Assembly (NCBI GenBank): GCA_040437565.1
Contig: JBDOQK010000024.1
Span: forward strand, 1-64,000
DNA: 64,000 bases
From: Albugo candida
Taxonomy: Eukaryota
Reading direction: 5' to 3'
Position 1 is the first letter of the stretch, and each line of letters opens with the position of its first letter. Both the position numbers and the translations under genes were made by a program. Positions 12,689 to 23,830 of the stretch are shown here, piece by piece. The notes beneath the pieces were generated by a model. That model did no database searches and was not told where the DNA came from. It saw only the letters and a program-made list of their open reading frames with translations.

Positions 12689-14004
12689 CTACTCGTCGGT
12701 ATCGGCGACTTTAACGATCCCAAGACGTCTCGCTAATATCTAAAAGATGGCAGAAGGTCGTTACTGATCGGTTTTTCTTTTCCAATGCAATTCACTTCTT
12801 ACGCTGAGTTGTGGTGATAAAGTAGCCGGGAGATAGCGAAAATGCTCTTGGTTGAATTCCACGCGACGCGAATTTTCATCGTCTACTTGGCGTTGAAGCA
12901 GACACATCATTTCTTGTATCTACATTGCGAGCTATAAGACTGCGAGATGAGATGTTACTATACCGTTGTCTCTGTCTTTTTGTCAAACATTTGGCGTCGA
13001 TACAGTTCCTCCAATGAATTCGCGTACGCCAATTCGAACTGTCGATAAAAGTCACAAAGACTATAAAGCTCTTCAAAAAGTGTTTCCGCCTCATTCAGCA
13101 AATGGTTGTAGCTACTCGTAATGGTACCATCAGACGAGTTAGAAATTGACGACGACGCTACTACTCAACTGCGTTTGAACGCCGCTGATTGCCGTGTAAT
13201 ACCGAAGCAGAAATCGATCGCATTGTTCGATATCGAGAAAACAAGCAACCTTTCTACGAATGAGATCGAATCAGAGCTGCTGCTACCGCCTTCCATTCAA
13301 TTTCGTACGAAATTGTTGTACACTTCAATTAGATATTCAGTCTTTCCAAAAGTGCTACATCCATACATGAGAATTGGTAATTATTTGTGCCATCAAAACG
13401 AGAGAAATACCATGTTTCTTTGCTTCCTTCCAGCTGTTTGGCTCGACAAATATCATTCTCCTTGGACAGAAATCGATTGATTGCGATGATCCGATTGACA
13501 GCATGATGGTGTGCTGATAAAACCTCTTCGATTCTGCGCAGAAAAACGACTCATTCTTGCCATCTCCTCTAAGGCACTCACTCTTTAATTCGACAAATGG
13601 CGTCTTGTTGTATCGAGTAAACTGTCTCCGAGTCAATAAAATCAAAAAGTGTGTCGCCCGTTTTCGCATTGGAAAAAGATGTGTCAACTTTAACGTTTCT
13701 CAGCCGTTGGAATATAATTTCGATATTTTGAAGAATCTGACACAACTCATAACGTCGTGAAAAGCAGTTTGAATGATACCTTACGGGTTGGCGTTGGACG
13801 ACACTTTGGTGTGCTTGTTCTTCTGCCTGTGATAAACTCATTTGTACTGTTGATAGCTTTGAAGAGAATTCCTGCGAGTAAAGTCGTACGTTGAGATATA
13901 TAATGAAAAAGAGGGGATGAATACAAATGTACATTTAATCTCTTTTCAATTGTCTGAGAGAGCCCGTGAATAGCGTCAGTGTAATAGCGTGATGTCGACG
14001 CCAT
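12689..14004 (-). CDS. ATG17: Autophagy protein Atg17-like (multi-exon)
   Basis: Spliced reading gives LRNVKVDTSF...TLFDFIDSETV, EELYRR and RRVEFNQEHFRYLP, resembling conserved Atg17 blocks; exon limits approximate. Confidence 0.55.
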
Positions 14005-14284
14005 CAGAGTTATAAACGATCACAGGTTGCGACACGATACAACAGCGCACAATTCGTATGTATCGTATTATTACTCATTAAGCGATCGAATCGACGTGAG
14101 AAATAATATTGTGTGATGGATGCAGTGGATTCAAAGGAGCGGTATATTGACATGTACTACAGATACGTTGTATTATCCTCAAAACGCAAGAAAGACGATA
14201 CACATTGTGAAATTGCACGGTGCACAATCGAAGGAGAAGCAGAATCGATGACTAACGTCACTTTTGCTATATTGAAACGTATTC

Positions 14285-15043
14285 TTATTGCAATTCTCCA
14301 CAGTCGTCAATCACCACAGACGAACTAACAGTAAGCGTTCAGTGAATGAGGCAAACTCAATACGTTGAAACTATCGATTTGTTACCTCGTTTGACCGCTA
14401 GAGTGACCTTGATTTTCCATTTGCTTGAGAACGTTCAGGCCTTCCGTCACCTACAAACCCAATGATTAAATACTGCCGATGAATTCCAAAAAAGCGCACT
14501 TTTCCAAAGACAACATGCGCGTTGTCAAGCCACGGGCAGTCCACAGTGGTGATGAAAAACTGAGAGCCGTTCGTGTTAGGGCCTGAATTTGCCATCGATA
14601 GTGTCCCCGCTCCTTTGTGTTTGAGCTTGAAATTCTCATCGGAAAATTTGGCACCATAAATGCTCTCACCGCCTGTACCATTTCGATGCTAAAGCACATT
14701 TTCATCTGATTTGCTCAATATACCAAAATGCGTATCGATAACGTACAGTGAAATCTCCGCCTTGACACATAAAGTTGGGGATGATACGATGAAAAATTGA
14801 GCCCTTGAAATGTAAGGGAAGTCCAGATTTTCCATTTCCGGCCTCACCAGTACATAATTGTCGAAAATTCTCTGCAGTTTTTGGTACAATATCCGCATGT
14901 AATTCCATTACGAGACGCCCAGTCGCCTTCCCGTCGATCGCAATGTCGAAAAAGACCTTGGGATTCTTCTTTGTCATTGTGCTCAAGTATCCAGCACTCG
15001 AGAATTGGATCGATGCAACTCTCCTGCATGTTAAATGTAGCAT
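14285..15043 (-). CDS. Cyclophilin peptidyl-prolyl isomerase with N-terminal extension (3 introns)
   Basis: [68 protein letters not shown], ending IDDCGELQ*. Confidence 0.95.
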
Positions 15044-15619
15044 TTTCACTGGCGCGGCTTTACCCGATGATATTAGCCAATAATGCGGGTACAATCGCTG
15101 TCATATGGTCTTTATGTAGCAACGATCAAACACTATGACGTGTGACTGCTATGATTCAAGTTTCGATGGCACGATACTACATATCTGAACTTTTGCTATA
15201 CATCTCAATAGTTCTCCTATACCAAACGTCAATGGTGTCTAAATTCTNNNNNNNNNNNNNNNNNNNNNNNNNNNNNNNNNNNNNNNNNNNNNNNNNNNNN
15301 NNNNNNNNNNNNNNNNNNNNNNNNNNNNNNNNNNNNNNNNNNNNNNNGGGATTCTTCTTTGTCATTGTGCTCAAGTATCCAGCACTCGAGAATTGGATCG
15401 ATGCAACTCTCCTGCATGTTAAATGTAGCATTTTCACTGGCGCGGCTTTACCCGATGATATTAGCCAATAATGCGGGTACAATCGCTGTCATATGGTCTT
15501 TATGTAGCAACGATCAAACACTATGACGTGTGACTGCTATGATTCAAGTTTCGATGGCACGATACTACATATCTGAACTTTTGCTATACATCTCAATAGT
15601 TCTCCTATACCAAACGTCA

Positions 15620-16082
15620 ATGGTGTCTAAATTCTTCCTGCGAAAGCAGGCGTTATTTGCGTCTGCTATTCTCCATACTGTCACGTCTCACACGTGGATT
15701 GATTGTATCGGACTGAATCGTAGGGAGCTCTATAAGTATAGCGAGTTATATATCTACCAAGGAGATTTGAAGAAGACTCACTGTGATGGATTTGTATTGG
15801 ATTATGTCGATCGAGGGCACCCGGATTGTGGAGTTCTTAACACACACAAAATACTGAAAAAAGATGCGGAAAATGGCGCAAAAGTATGCACTGGTTCTCG
15901 TACAGAAAGCGTCATAAAAGTGAAACGACATCTTCAAGTGAGATCGAATGAGAGAGTGTTTTATGCTTACTTGCCAAATGGACACATTGCAAAAGATAAA
16001 AAAGCTATTGGAACAAAATATGGAGTCTATTGGACCGGGAAACCTCGAGCAGAGATCCACTCTACAAATGAAATAAACACAA
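15620..16082 (+). CDS. Predicted secreted protein with mature N-terminus HTWIDC; 3' end lost in a gap
   Basis: MVSKFFLRKQALFASAILHTVTS looks like a signal peptide, then HTWIDC, Cys residues and YLPNGH; the frame stays open into the gap at 16083. Confidence 0.7.
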
Positions 16083-16182
16083 NNNNNNNNNNNNNNNNNN
16101 NNNNNNNNNNNNNNNNNNNNNNNNNNNNNNNNNNNNNNNNNNNNNNNNNNNNNNNNNNNNNNNNNNNNNNNNNNNNNNNNNN

Positions 16183-16491
16183 TTGTGTGTCGTTTGCAAT
16201 GAGTGAATTGCTGCAAACGACACACAAAATGAGATATATCCATCGAATACTGCAACTATTGCATTAATTCCATGCGGCATTGCTAATTTTAGAATTGGCG
16301 ACGATGTACCGTGGATTCCAAAAGTAGCGGCGGCTCGGGCATGGAATGTGCTGGTGCTTTTGCACAAAGACATGTGATTGTATGTATAGTTTGCAAATGA
16401 AAACATTGTAGTTAAGTGACACGGTTAGAACAGCCAAGAAATGCATGCTATTTTATATTTACAAAACTAGTCGCAGTCTACTATCAAAAGT
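16183..16491. repeat. Dispersed hairpin-bearing repeat (copy 2, inverted relative to 1573-1902)
   Basis: Reverse-complement match to copy 1; the hairpin is partly cut by the gap. Confidence 0.85.
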
Positions 16492-17482
16492 GCAACTCGC
16501 ACGAACTTCAAATCCAGCGGCATCAGTCCGTTTCACTACAGGTCGCCTTCTAAGCACTATTTCCGTACTATGCTCCCTCTCGATGCGGTTTTGGATCCTC
16601 AAGTTAAACAAGGTCATCGGAAAACGTATGTGCGAAGCAGGACGGAGATCCGCTTGCATCTCTCCCTCCTCGAGCTTACGATCGGTCGCAAGGCGTTTTC
16701 ATTTGCAAATACGGTGTATCGACTTTCAGGATTTCGTTGACACAATGGGGAGCATGAAGGCTTATTTCCTCTCATGTCTAGGATGTTGTGTGCATGCTAC
16801 TGTTNNNNNNNNNNNNNNNNNNNNNNNNNNNNNNNNNNNNNNNNNNNNNNNNNNNNNNNNNNNNNNNNNNNNNNNNNNNNNNNNNNNNNNNNNNNNNNNN
16901 NNNNGCCTCACCCTCCACGAGTGTATTGAGTAATTTATGGCTTGCGAGTAGAGTGAATGAGTTACTCGAGGATTTGAGGATACTTACAAGTACTCGATCG
17001 TTTCACGTGATCGGCTTTGGGATCGGCTTTGTGTGGCGCTCGTTCGAAATATCGCGACGCATTCCAGTCGCTTGTACTGTGCAACCCGTTTGCCAAGGTT
17101 GATGATTTCTTCACCGTCATTCTGCATGTCTGCATCGTAAAATTCTCACGTTTCTCGTCCTCACACCCAGAGCTTTCCTCAACATATGTACAGAAGTTTT
17201 TATACTCGTGCGGTAACAATCAACGCTTACACAGCAAGCGGCACGAATTAAATTATCGCGAAACTAGTTTCGCACGACATCTTATCGATCACTGCATACA
17301 ATAATGGCCACCGCACTGCTCCTATAGGCTGCTGCCTACCAGGCTTGACTACAAACACATAAACGAAGAAGACATGTATGCTCGTCTATACAACTTTATA
17401 CACAGCGCCTGCCCAAGTATACAGCTTTCTACCGTCATAAATGGTATACGTATACTTTAACCCGACGTAACTTCTCTCGAAG

Positions 17483-18841
17483 ATGGAGGACTCTGAATCC
17501 ATTCAGTCCGCGATGGAAGAGAGCACACGCGCACTTGATCGTGAAGATCAAACTGCACGCCATTCGAAACGAACTAGTGTTAATTCTATCGATTCTCGAT
17601 CAGGGGGTGACTTCGATTCGGAGAGCGAACAGCCAAGCCAAGAGTTTTTAGCAACCTCTACTGAGAATACTGACGCTACCAATACTGAGCACACAATAGA
17701 GAACAAACAGCTATCGCATTGCGATATTAACGGCAACAATAAAGAAGATAGTAAGATACTCATACTGGGAACATACGAACACGAACAGTGTATTTCGCTG
17801 ACAGAAATCATACAAAAGCAAGTACATGATAACTTTGTGCAGCCCAATGTGCTTCTTTCCTCGAATTCTCCATGTACGTGCATACAATTCGATGATAAAG
17901 TAGCTTTTGGTCTAAATGCGGTTCTATCGTACCTGTGGTTTTGCTCAGCAAATATCGATTGGAACGGAGTAGCGGAGCAGTTAGAGCAATTACATAATGT
18001 CAAATGGCACCCTTCAACATGTCAAAAAGTATGGAAATACATCGCGTACGGTTATGAGGCCAATGAGCCTGTCGCCGAAGAGAGTGATAGTCGTATACAC
18101 ATTTCATCGGATTCGGAGGCGTATGAGGAGCAGTACACCACCAATTCGGTTCCGACTGGCAAGTCCAAGAAACACAAACATTCTGATGTAGATCCAGCTG
18201 ACGGAACAATTCCATTATTTCCAACGTACGATTTACCATTTGACGCAAATGACGATGAAGTTTGCGCAGTGGACAAAAGATTATCTTTGTCATTCACAGC
18301 TTCTCAATTCCTCCGCAAAAAGCAGTCTTCAGGTCAACATTCGACGACAAATTCCTCAGTCACTGTTGATAAGACAGTATCGCCTCATTTGAGCTGTACC
18401 TCATCTACATCCGCAACTGATGCTCATGATACCTCCAAAACTACGCAATCAAGTCAAATGACGGAAATAAAGGCAACTGGTCCAGTTAAGAAATTGAAGA
18501 TGGAATCGCAAGTAAAGGAGAACACCAGCTCCAGGAATTCGACGAATCTCAATTCGGTACATAACTTCGGGACAGCACCTCCACCGCTTCCAAAACCGCT
18601 CATGTCCTCATTTCAAATATATCGTAAACTGTATGGGAATAGTGATTCATCGAAAGAAATATCTCACAATTCAATCTTATCGGAGACAGAACTCGGAAAA
18701 ATGTACGCCCAAGCACCGAGTGATGTCTTGAGTGCGTGTGCAAGCATGGCAGAAGAAGATCGGCGACGATTTGATCGAGAGCATATACGACGGAGTCTTT
18801 GGGAGAAAGCGTACTTCTCACACCAAGACAGCATTAATTGA
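17483..18841 (+). CDS. Hypothetical nuclear protein with Myb/SANT-like segment and C-terminal HMG-box-like segment
   Basis: 452-aa ORF; IDWNGVAEQL...STCQKVWKYI is Myb-like; PKPLMSSFQIYRK...LGKMY...AEEDRRRFDRE is HMG-like. Confidence 0.6.
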   Translation: MEDSESIQSAMEESTRALDREDQTARHSKRTSVNSIDSRSGGDFDSESEQPSQEFLATSTENTDATNTEHTIENKQLSHCDINGNNKEDSKILILGTYEHEQCISLTEIIQKQVHDNFVQPNVLLSSNSPCTCIQFDDKVAFGLNAVLSYLWFCSANIDWNGVAEQLEQLHNVKWHPSTCQKVWKYIAYGYEANEPVAEESDSRIHISSDSEAYEEQYTTNSVPTGKSKKHKHSDVDPADGTIPLFPTYDLPFDANDDEVCAVDKRLSLSFTASQFLRKKQSSGQHSTTNSSVTVDKTVSPHLSCTSSTSATDAHDTSKTTQSSQMTEIKATGPVKKLKMESQVKENTSSRNSTNLNSVHNFGTAPPPLPKPLMSSFQIYRKLYGNSDSSKEISHNSILSETELGKMYAQAPSDVLSACASMAEEDRRRFDREHIRRSLWEKAYFSHQDSIN

Positions 18842-19484
18842 AATCTGCGATCATTAGATGGAATTTGGAATCGAATTGCGTTTCTTTCATCATACTGTAC
18901 TGCTTGCAGACTTTTTACAGCACTCTTCTCCGCGATTTACTTATCTGACAAAAACGACTTCAGTTCGGTGGGAAACTTACGCATTATGGCGAAATTGTGG
19001 CCAATCAAGGTTGGATTATTTGGTTCTTCTGAAAGTGATTCGTGCATAATTATGGCTGGATCTGAATTGAAGCATAAAGTGCTTTTCGCCTGCTTGAACA
19101 TCGTCACAAATCAAAATTTCGCAATATATACATAAATTTTGTAACAGTTAGATATGATATAACTTTGGAGAGACGCTCTGATTGGTAACATTGTCAATGA
19201 CGATAAAGTAAAATGTCGAATAAGAGCAGACGACTGTAGCTTTTCTTTTTCAAAACTGATGGAGCTTATCACCATATCGCATACATTCCCGGTGGTCCTG
19301 ATGGAATCGTATCGACAGCACATCCCACTTGATTGTGATCAGAATACCAGTAGTAAAGAGTCCATCCACCAAAAATAGCTCTTTATCATATAAATACCGA
19401 TGAATGGAAATTCAGCTGTTTCTCTTTTGGAGGAACGACGAGAATATCAAGTTCAAAAGCATTTTGAGCGAAAATACGTGAAGG

Positions 19485-19828
19485 ATGGATATGCCAGCGC
19501 CCCTTCTTTCTGGAAGCATAACTTACTTATTTTTCACAACTTCTGCAATGGTTTCCGGTATCGCACTTGGCATTTCAGGGAAACTTGACAGAGAAACAAC
19601 GCAGTATGTATTTCGCAACTTACATGCTGTTATTATTAATTTTTGCGGGTATGTAGAATTTACATCACGCTTTCCTTCATGACAGGATTATGTCTCTGGC
19701 TCTTTTGGTAATGAATGCAACCTATTGATATCAAACTGAACGTTTTTGACGAATGTTTGTTCGCTAGGGTCTGCTGTTGGATGCACCAGTGGCACATTTT
19801 AATAGCACCAACGTATGCTCATGAATAA
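19485..19828 (+). CDS. VMA9: V-type ATPase subunit e (3 exons)
   Basis: Spliced product has two TM helices and ends GLCLWLFWVCCWMHQWHILIAPTYAHE*, matching subunit e. Confidence 0.85.
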
Positions 19829-20142
19829 GATTGTGTTTCGGAATACGAAGTGATTTCTGATAAAGAATATTTCATTTCACGTTGCGTGCTATTCGCTTAT
19901 TCTCTTAATGTCGTCCTCTTTGGATCAAAGTCTCAAAAGTCGAGCTCATGCACTTTTGTACCCCGATTAAAAGTGAGATGCACAAGGGACCAATCTGTAT
20001 AGGCCACATTGGCCAATAGACATTCGGCAACAGCTCAAGTCGCATCTTGATACAATTGACGACTCCATTGCAATAAGAGAAAGTGACCACCTCGTTTTCA
20101 GCCATTTCAAACCCGTACTTGCATCTAAAATTTGTAGGAAGT

Positions 20143-20214
20143 GGGCCCTGCCGGAGATCGAATCCGGGACCTCTCGCACCCAAAGCGAGAATCATACCAC
20201 TAGACCACAGGGCC
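20143..20214 (-). tRNA. tRNA-Pro (TGG)
   Basis: GGCCCTGTGGTCTAGTGGTATGATTCTCGCTTTGGGTGCGAGAGGTCCCGGATTCGATCTCCGGCAGGGCCC folds as a full cloverleaf. Confidence 0.95.
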
Positions 20215-20681
20215 ACGTTGTCGACTCGAGATTTAATAAAATTAACAAAAACACAACTGCACGAGACATTCTTCGGCTTGTTTCGGTCTTTTTCAAGTTC
20301 GATGACGTCAAAGATATGAAGCCGGTAATGAGTGGCGTTTCCACTCAATACTACTTTTTTCGGTCCGCTAATCTTCGGTGTGGGACTTTCTAGACTACCC
20401 CTGCATTTAATTTAGCTCATTTCTAGTAGTTTAGGCATTAGATAAGTCATTTAGGTCGAGTTCTAGCGATACAGACACCTTCAACTACACCATGGAGCCA
20501 GACGACGTAGAGACTAGATGCTGCATCTATATATACACGAAAACAGGGCAATGAATGAACGCACAATAATATGCGCTATATAACCTAGTAGCACTGGTCT
20601 ACAAGGTAATACTAGGTACCACAGGTAGCTTCCTGGTACGAATATATAGTTAAGAAAGGCAAGTTGAATTCTGGTACCATA

Positions 20682-20833
20682 TGTGAAGGGTTGTACCCTT
20701 CTGGGCTCCCCTGTTCGAGGTTTGTGGACCTTAAGAAGCGAAAAACTTAATCCGACATCTATAGCAGCATAATCGTAAATATAATAGCCACATGTGACAG
20801 CAAAGAAGGGGCAAAAGTAAGAAATAGATCACA
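20682..20833. mobile_element. Putative solo LTR or small inserted element
   Basis: Termini TGTGA...TCACA flanked on both sides by CATA (possible 4-bp TSD), with a small hairpin GAAGGGT-TGT-ACCCTTC at the 5' end. Confidence 0.45.
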
Positions 20834-22336
20834 CATAAGTATGCCTCTCGATGCTAACAATAATGTCTTTAATTGAATTGGTTTATAATCTCGATCAGAG
20901 AATAGTCAACAGCATCATGAGAGCTTACTTCCTTGAAAAACAATGCACATTTATGGCTTTGAAGGTAGTCGTCGTACCCAGAGTCTAAGTAACGGAGACA
21001 CCAGTTTTGCCCGAGTCCTACAGTTGCACATGATACGTGATGTACCCTAGCGATAATTTTTCCCTACCCGGTGTTCCGTCGACCTATCAGCTGTGTAACT
21101 TACCGTAGAACACTATTCAGTAGATCCGTCTAGTTTTCCAATCCGAGGATGCTTCGTGAATTCATCTCCTATTTCTGATCCTTACCTGTTTTTGACGTCT
21201 TGACCAATTGTATTGTCAACAACGTTAGCACTTTGTTACATATACAGACGTACTGTTCCAAATAACAAGCTCTGTTATTCAGTAGCGCAATTATACCGAG
21301 ATTGATTTGATCATCGGTGTCATCTGTGTCATGCGTCATGTGAGGTGAGATATTAACGAATGGTGGCAGGAAGGTGGCAAGAAATCGGTGGTCAGAACTC
21401 ACTCTATAATAAAAGCACTCTATCCTAAAACTTGGGTTCAGGAACGAGACAAAGATTCAAATCTCTCTCCAGATGCGATCTGAAATTTTCAGCAGCATAC
21501 CCTCTTTACAGACCACCGGTACATGAGTACTTATGCATTAGCTCGTCTCAGTCTTTCAGTATGTCGGGCGCCATACATTAGCACAACTTCAGAGTCATAC
21601 TCTATGGTGAAAAATATACCGTTGTCTGGTTTATATCATAAGCGTTGTATCGTATATATTTTACAAAGTGTCGTACCAAATGCTGGCTCGTGTCCCTTTA
21701 GTTGCCAGATTAAAACGTAAGGATATTAACCGTATCAATGCTACAGCCATAGTAAAATAACACACGGAACACCCCTTTGCTACGTTATCACTTCAACATA
21801 TCATCCGTTTGCCATTTCTCATTCCGACGGCGAGTTGAAAAAGGGCTATACACTAATAATTATACTATAAGTAGCTTAACGAGCCCTATCCAAATAAGTT
21901 ATATTCCTATAATTGGGTGAGGACTACACGCTTACCGACTGTGGCATTCTTTTGCACGACTACATAGAGCCAAACTAAAAAACAGATGATGTCTCTTCTA
22001 CAGATTAGGTCGCGATTGTAGGTTTCCTTCAGGACTGTCCACGCACAGCGACATAGAAAAACAATTATATTTTGGAGGTAGTAATCATTTGCCTTCCTTC
22101 TTACCATAAAGTACATTCTCTCGTAGCCTGACATTTCCATGGTTTTGCCTGATGCCTAACCAAATTATAGATCAGAAGTTCTTTACAGAAAGAACGTAAT
22201 ATTCCATACTATCGATCCAACTTCCACAAGGATCAGAGTGAGATCTGATCACAGAAAAATATTTGCATGCACGCACTTTTGACTTATAATTACCTATACG
22301 AACAGCTTTTGCAACCACAAAAACGATTGTTCAAAG

Positions 22337-23794
22337 ATGCAATTATGGAACGCCAGCACGTCGGGTACTGACAATACAGAACCATCTAAAAATGAGCAAA
22401 ACAAGTCAGCAGCATCGCTTCCTCAACGAGTATCGAGTCTATTGATCGATTTGGATCTCACACAAAAAGACAAGAAGTCGCTTCCAATTTTAGTCGTTCC
22501 GCTGTTGAAGAAAGAGAACTGGATCAAAAATGAATTGCGGGCGTGCTGTTATTTTTGCAAACGTAAATTTCACTCGTTTGTGCGTCGACATCATTGCCGA
22601 GCCTGTGGAGACATTGTGTGTAGTACATGCAATCATCGACGAGAAGTTCAAGTCAATTGCAGACGCAAAAGTATCGTGAATGTCCGGTTATGCTTGGATT
22701 GTATTGGGAAAGCTTCAAACAACGACACAAACGGCGAACCGTTGAGTCGCACTGTGAATGAAATCTGTTCCGAATGGGAAAGTGATAAACACTCTTCGCA
22801 TCGAGTGAATGCTAGCACGAGTCTGACGAGTTTGGAGTGGTCTGTGTACGAAGGAGACGAAGAAGAATGTAATTATACGAGTGATGATCTGTCTTCTATT
22901 GTGTTATTATCACCCAAAGCGGAAGAAAACATTCGTAAGAAAACATTAGCAGCGTGTGGAGTATTAGACACATCGGACGAGAAAGAATATATGACACTTT
23001 GTGAGATCGCACGGAAAGCTTTCGCATGTTCCATCGCTGCAGTCAGTTTCTTTGATGAAAAACGGCAATGGTTCAAGGCAAAATGCGGCATCACACAGTC
23101 CGAATTCCCACGCGAAATGTCTTTCTGCGCGCATTACATGCATTCTGGCAAAATCACAATCATTCCGGACGTATTGGAAGTGGGGAAATTGTGTGTGCAT
23201 CCGCTGGTGGCAGGATCCACAAAAATACGATTTTATGCTTCCTCCCCAATTCGCGATGTTGTGACGGGAGTTGTGTTAGGGACGATCTTTGTGATGGATT
23301 CCAAGCCAAAGTCGTCAAATTTCGCAGAGGCTGAAGAGATTCTGATGCATTTAACTCAAGCGGCTCAGGTTTTAGTGTATAGTGAGCAAAGTGGAAGAGA
23401 TGAGATGGAAAGATCTTGCGCACGTAACGCATCCCTTTTGGAATCACACGGAGGCAAATGTGCAGCCCGACATTCCCTGCATTGCGTTCCTGAAGAAGCA
23501 GTCAAATCACTGGCAAATACCACATTACGCAAACGCCATTCACTGTATGAGTTTTCCGATCCTCACAACTTGTCGAAATTGAGTCAGTGTCCGCAATTGA
23601 GTCACATTGGATCGGAAGGAATGGCTTTGGATTTACTATGTAAAATCACAGGTACACAAGAGCTTTTGGCAAAGCAACAGCAAGCGCTCATGGCGACACT
23701 TGGAAATCATTCGAAACGAATTGTATCGATTGAAGACACTGTCGAGCGAATGATACGACGGATGAGTGATCATGGAGATGAGGTCGATATTTGA
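22337..23794 (+). CDS. FYVE zinc finger plus GAF domain protein
   Basis: W...CYFC...RRHHCRACGDIVCSTC...VRLCLDC FYVE motif; GAF motifs RQWFKA, REMSFCAH, HPLV...IRFYASSPI, LGTIFVMD. Confidence 0.92.
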   Translation: MQLWNASTSGTDNTEPSKNEQNKSAASLPQRVSSLLIDLDLTQKDKKSLPILVVPLLKKENWIKNELRACCYFCKRKFHSFVRRHHCRACGDIVCSTCNHRREVQVNCRRKSIVNVRLCLDCIGKASNNDTNGEPLSRTVNEICSEWESDKHSSHRVNASTSLTSLEWSVYEGDEEECNYTSDDLSSIVLLSPKAEENIRKKTLAACGVLDTSDEKEYMTLCEIARKAFACSIAAVSFFDEKRQWFKAKCGITQSEFPREMSFCAHYMHSGKITIIPDVLEVGKLCVHPLVAGSTKIRFYASSPIRDVVTGVVLGTIFVMDSKPKSSNFAEAEEILMHLTQAAQVLVYSEQSGRDEMERSCARNASLLESHGGKCAARHSLHCVPEEAVKSLANTTLRKRHSLYEFSDPHNLSKLSQCPQLSHIGSEGMALDLLCKITGTQELLAKQQQALMATLGNHSKRIVSIEDTVERMIRRMSDHGDEVDI

Positions 23795-23830
23795 GGGTAT
23801 ACGCATATGACTACGAGAGAAACGAACGCT

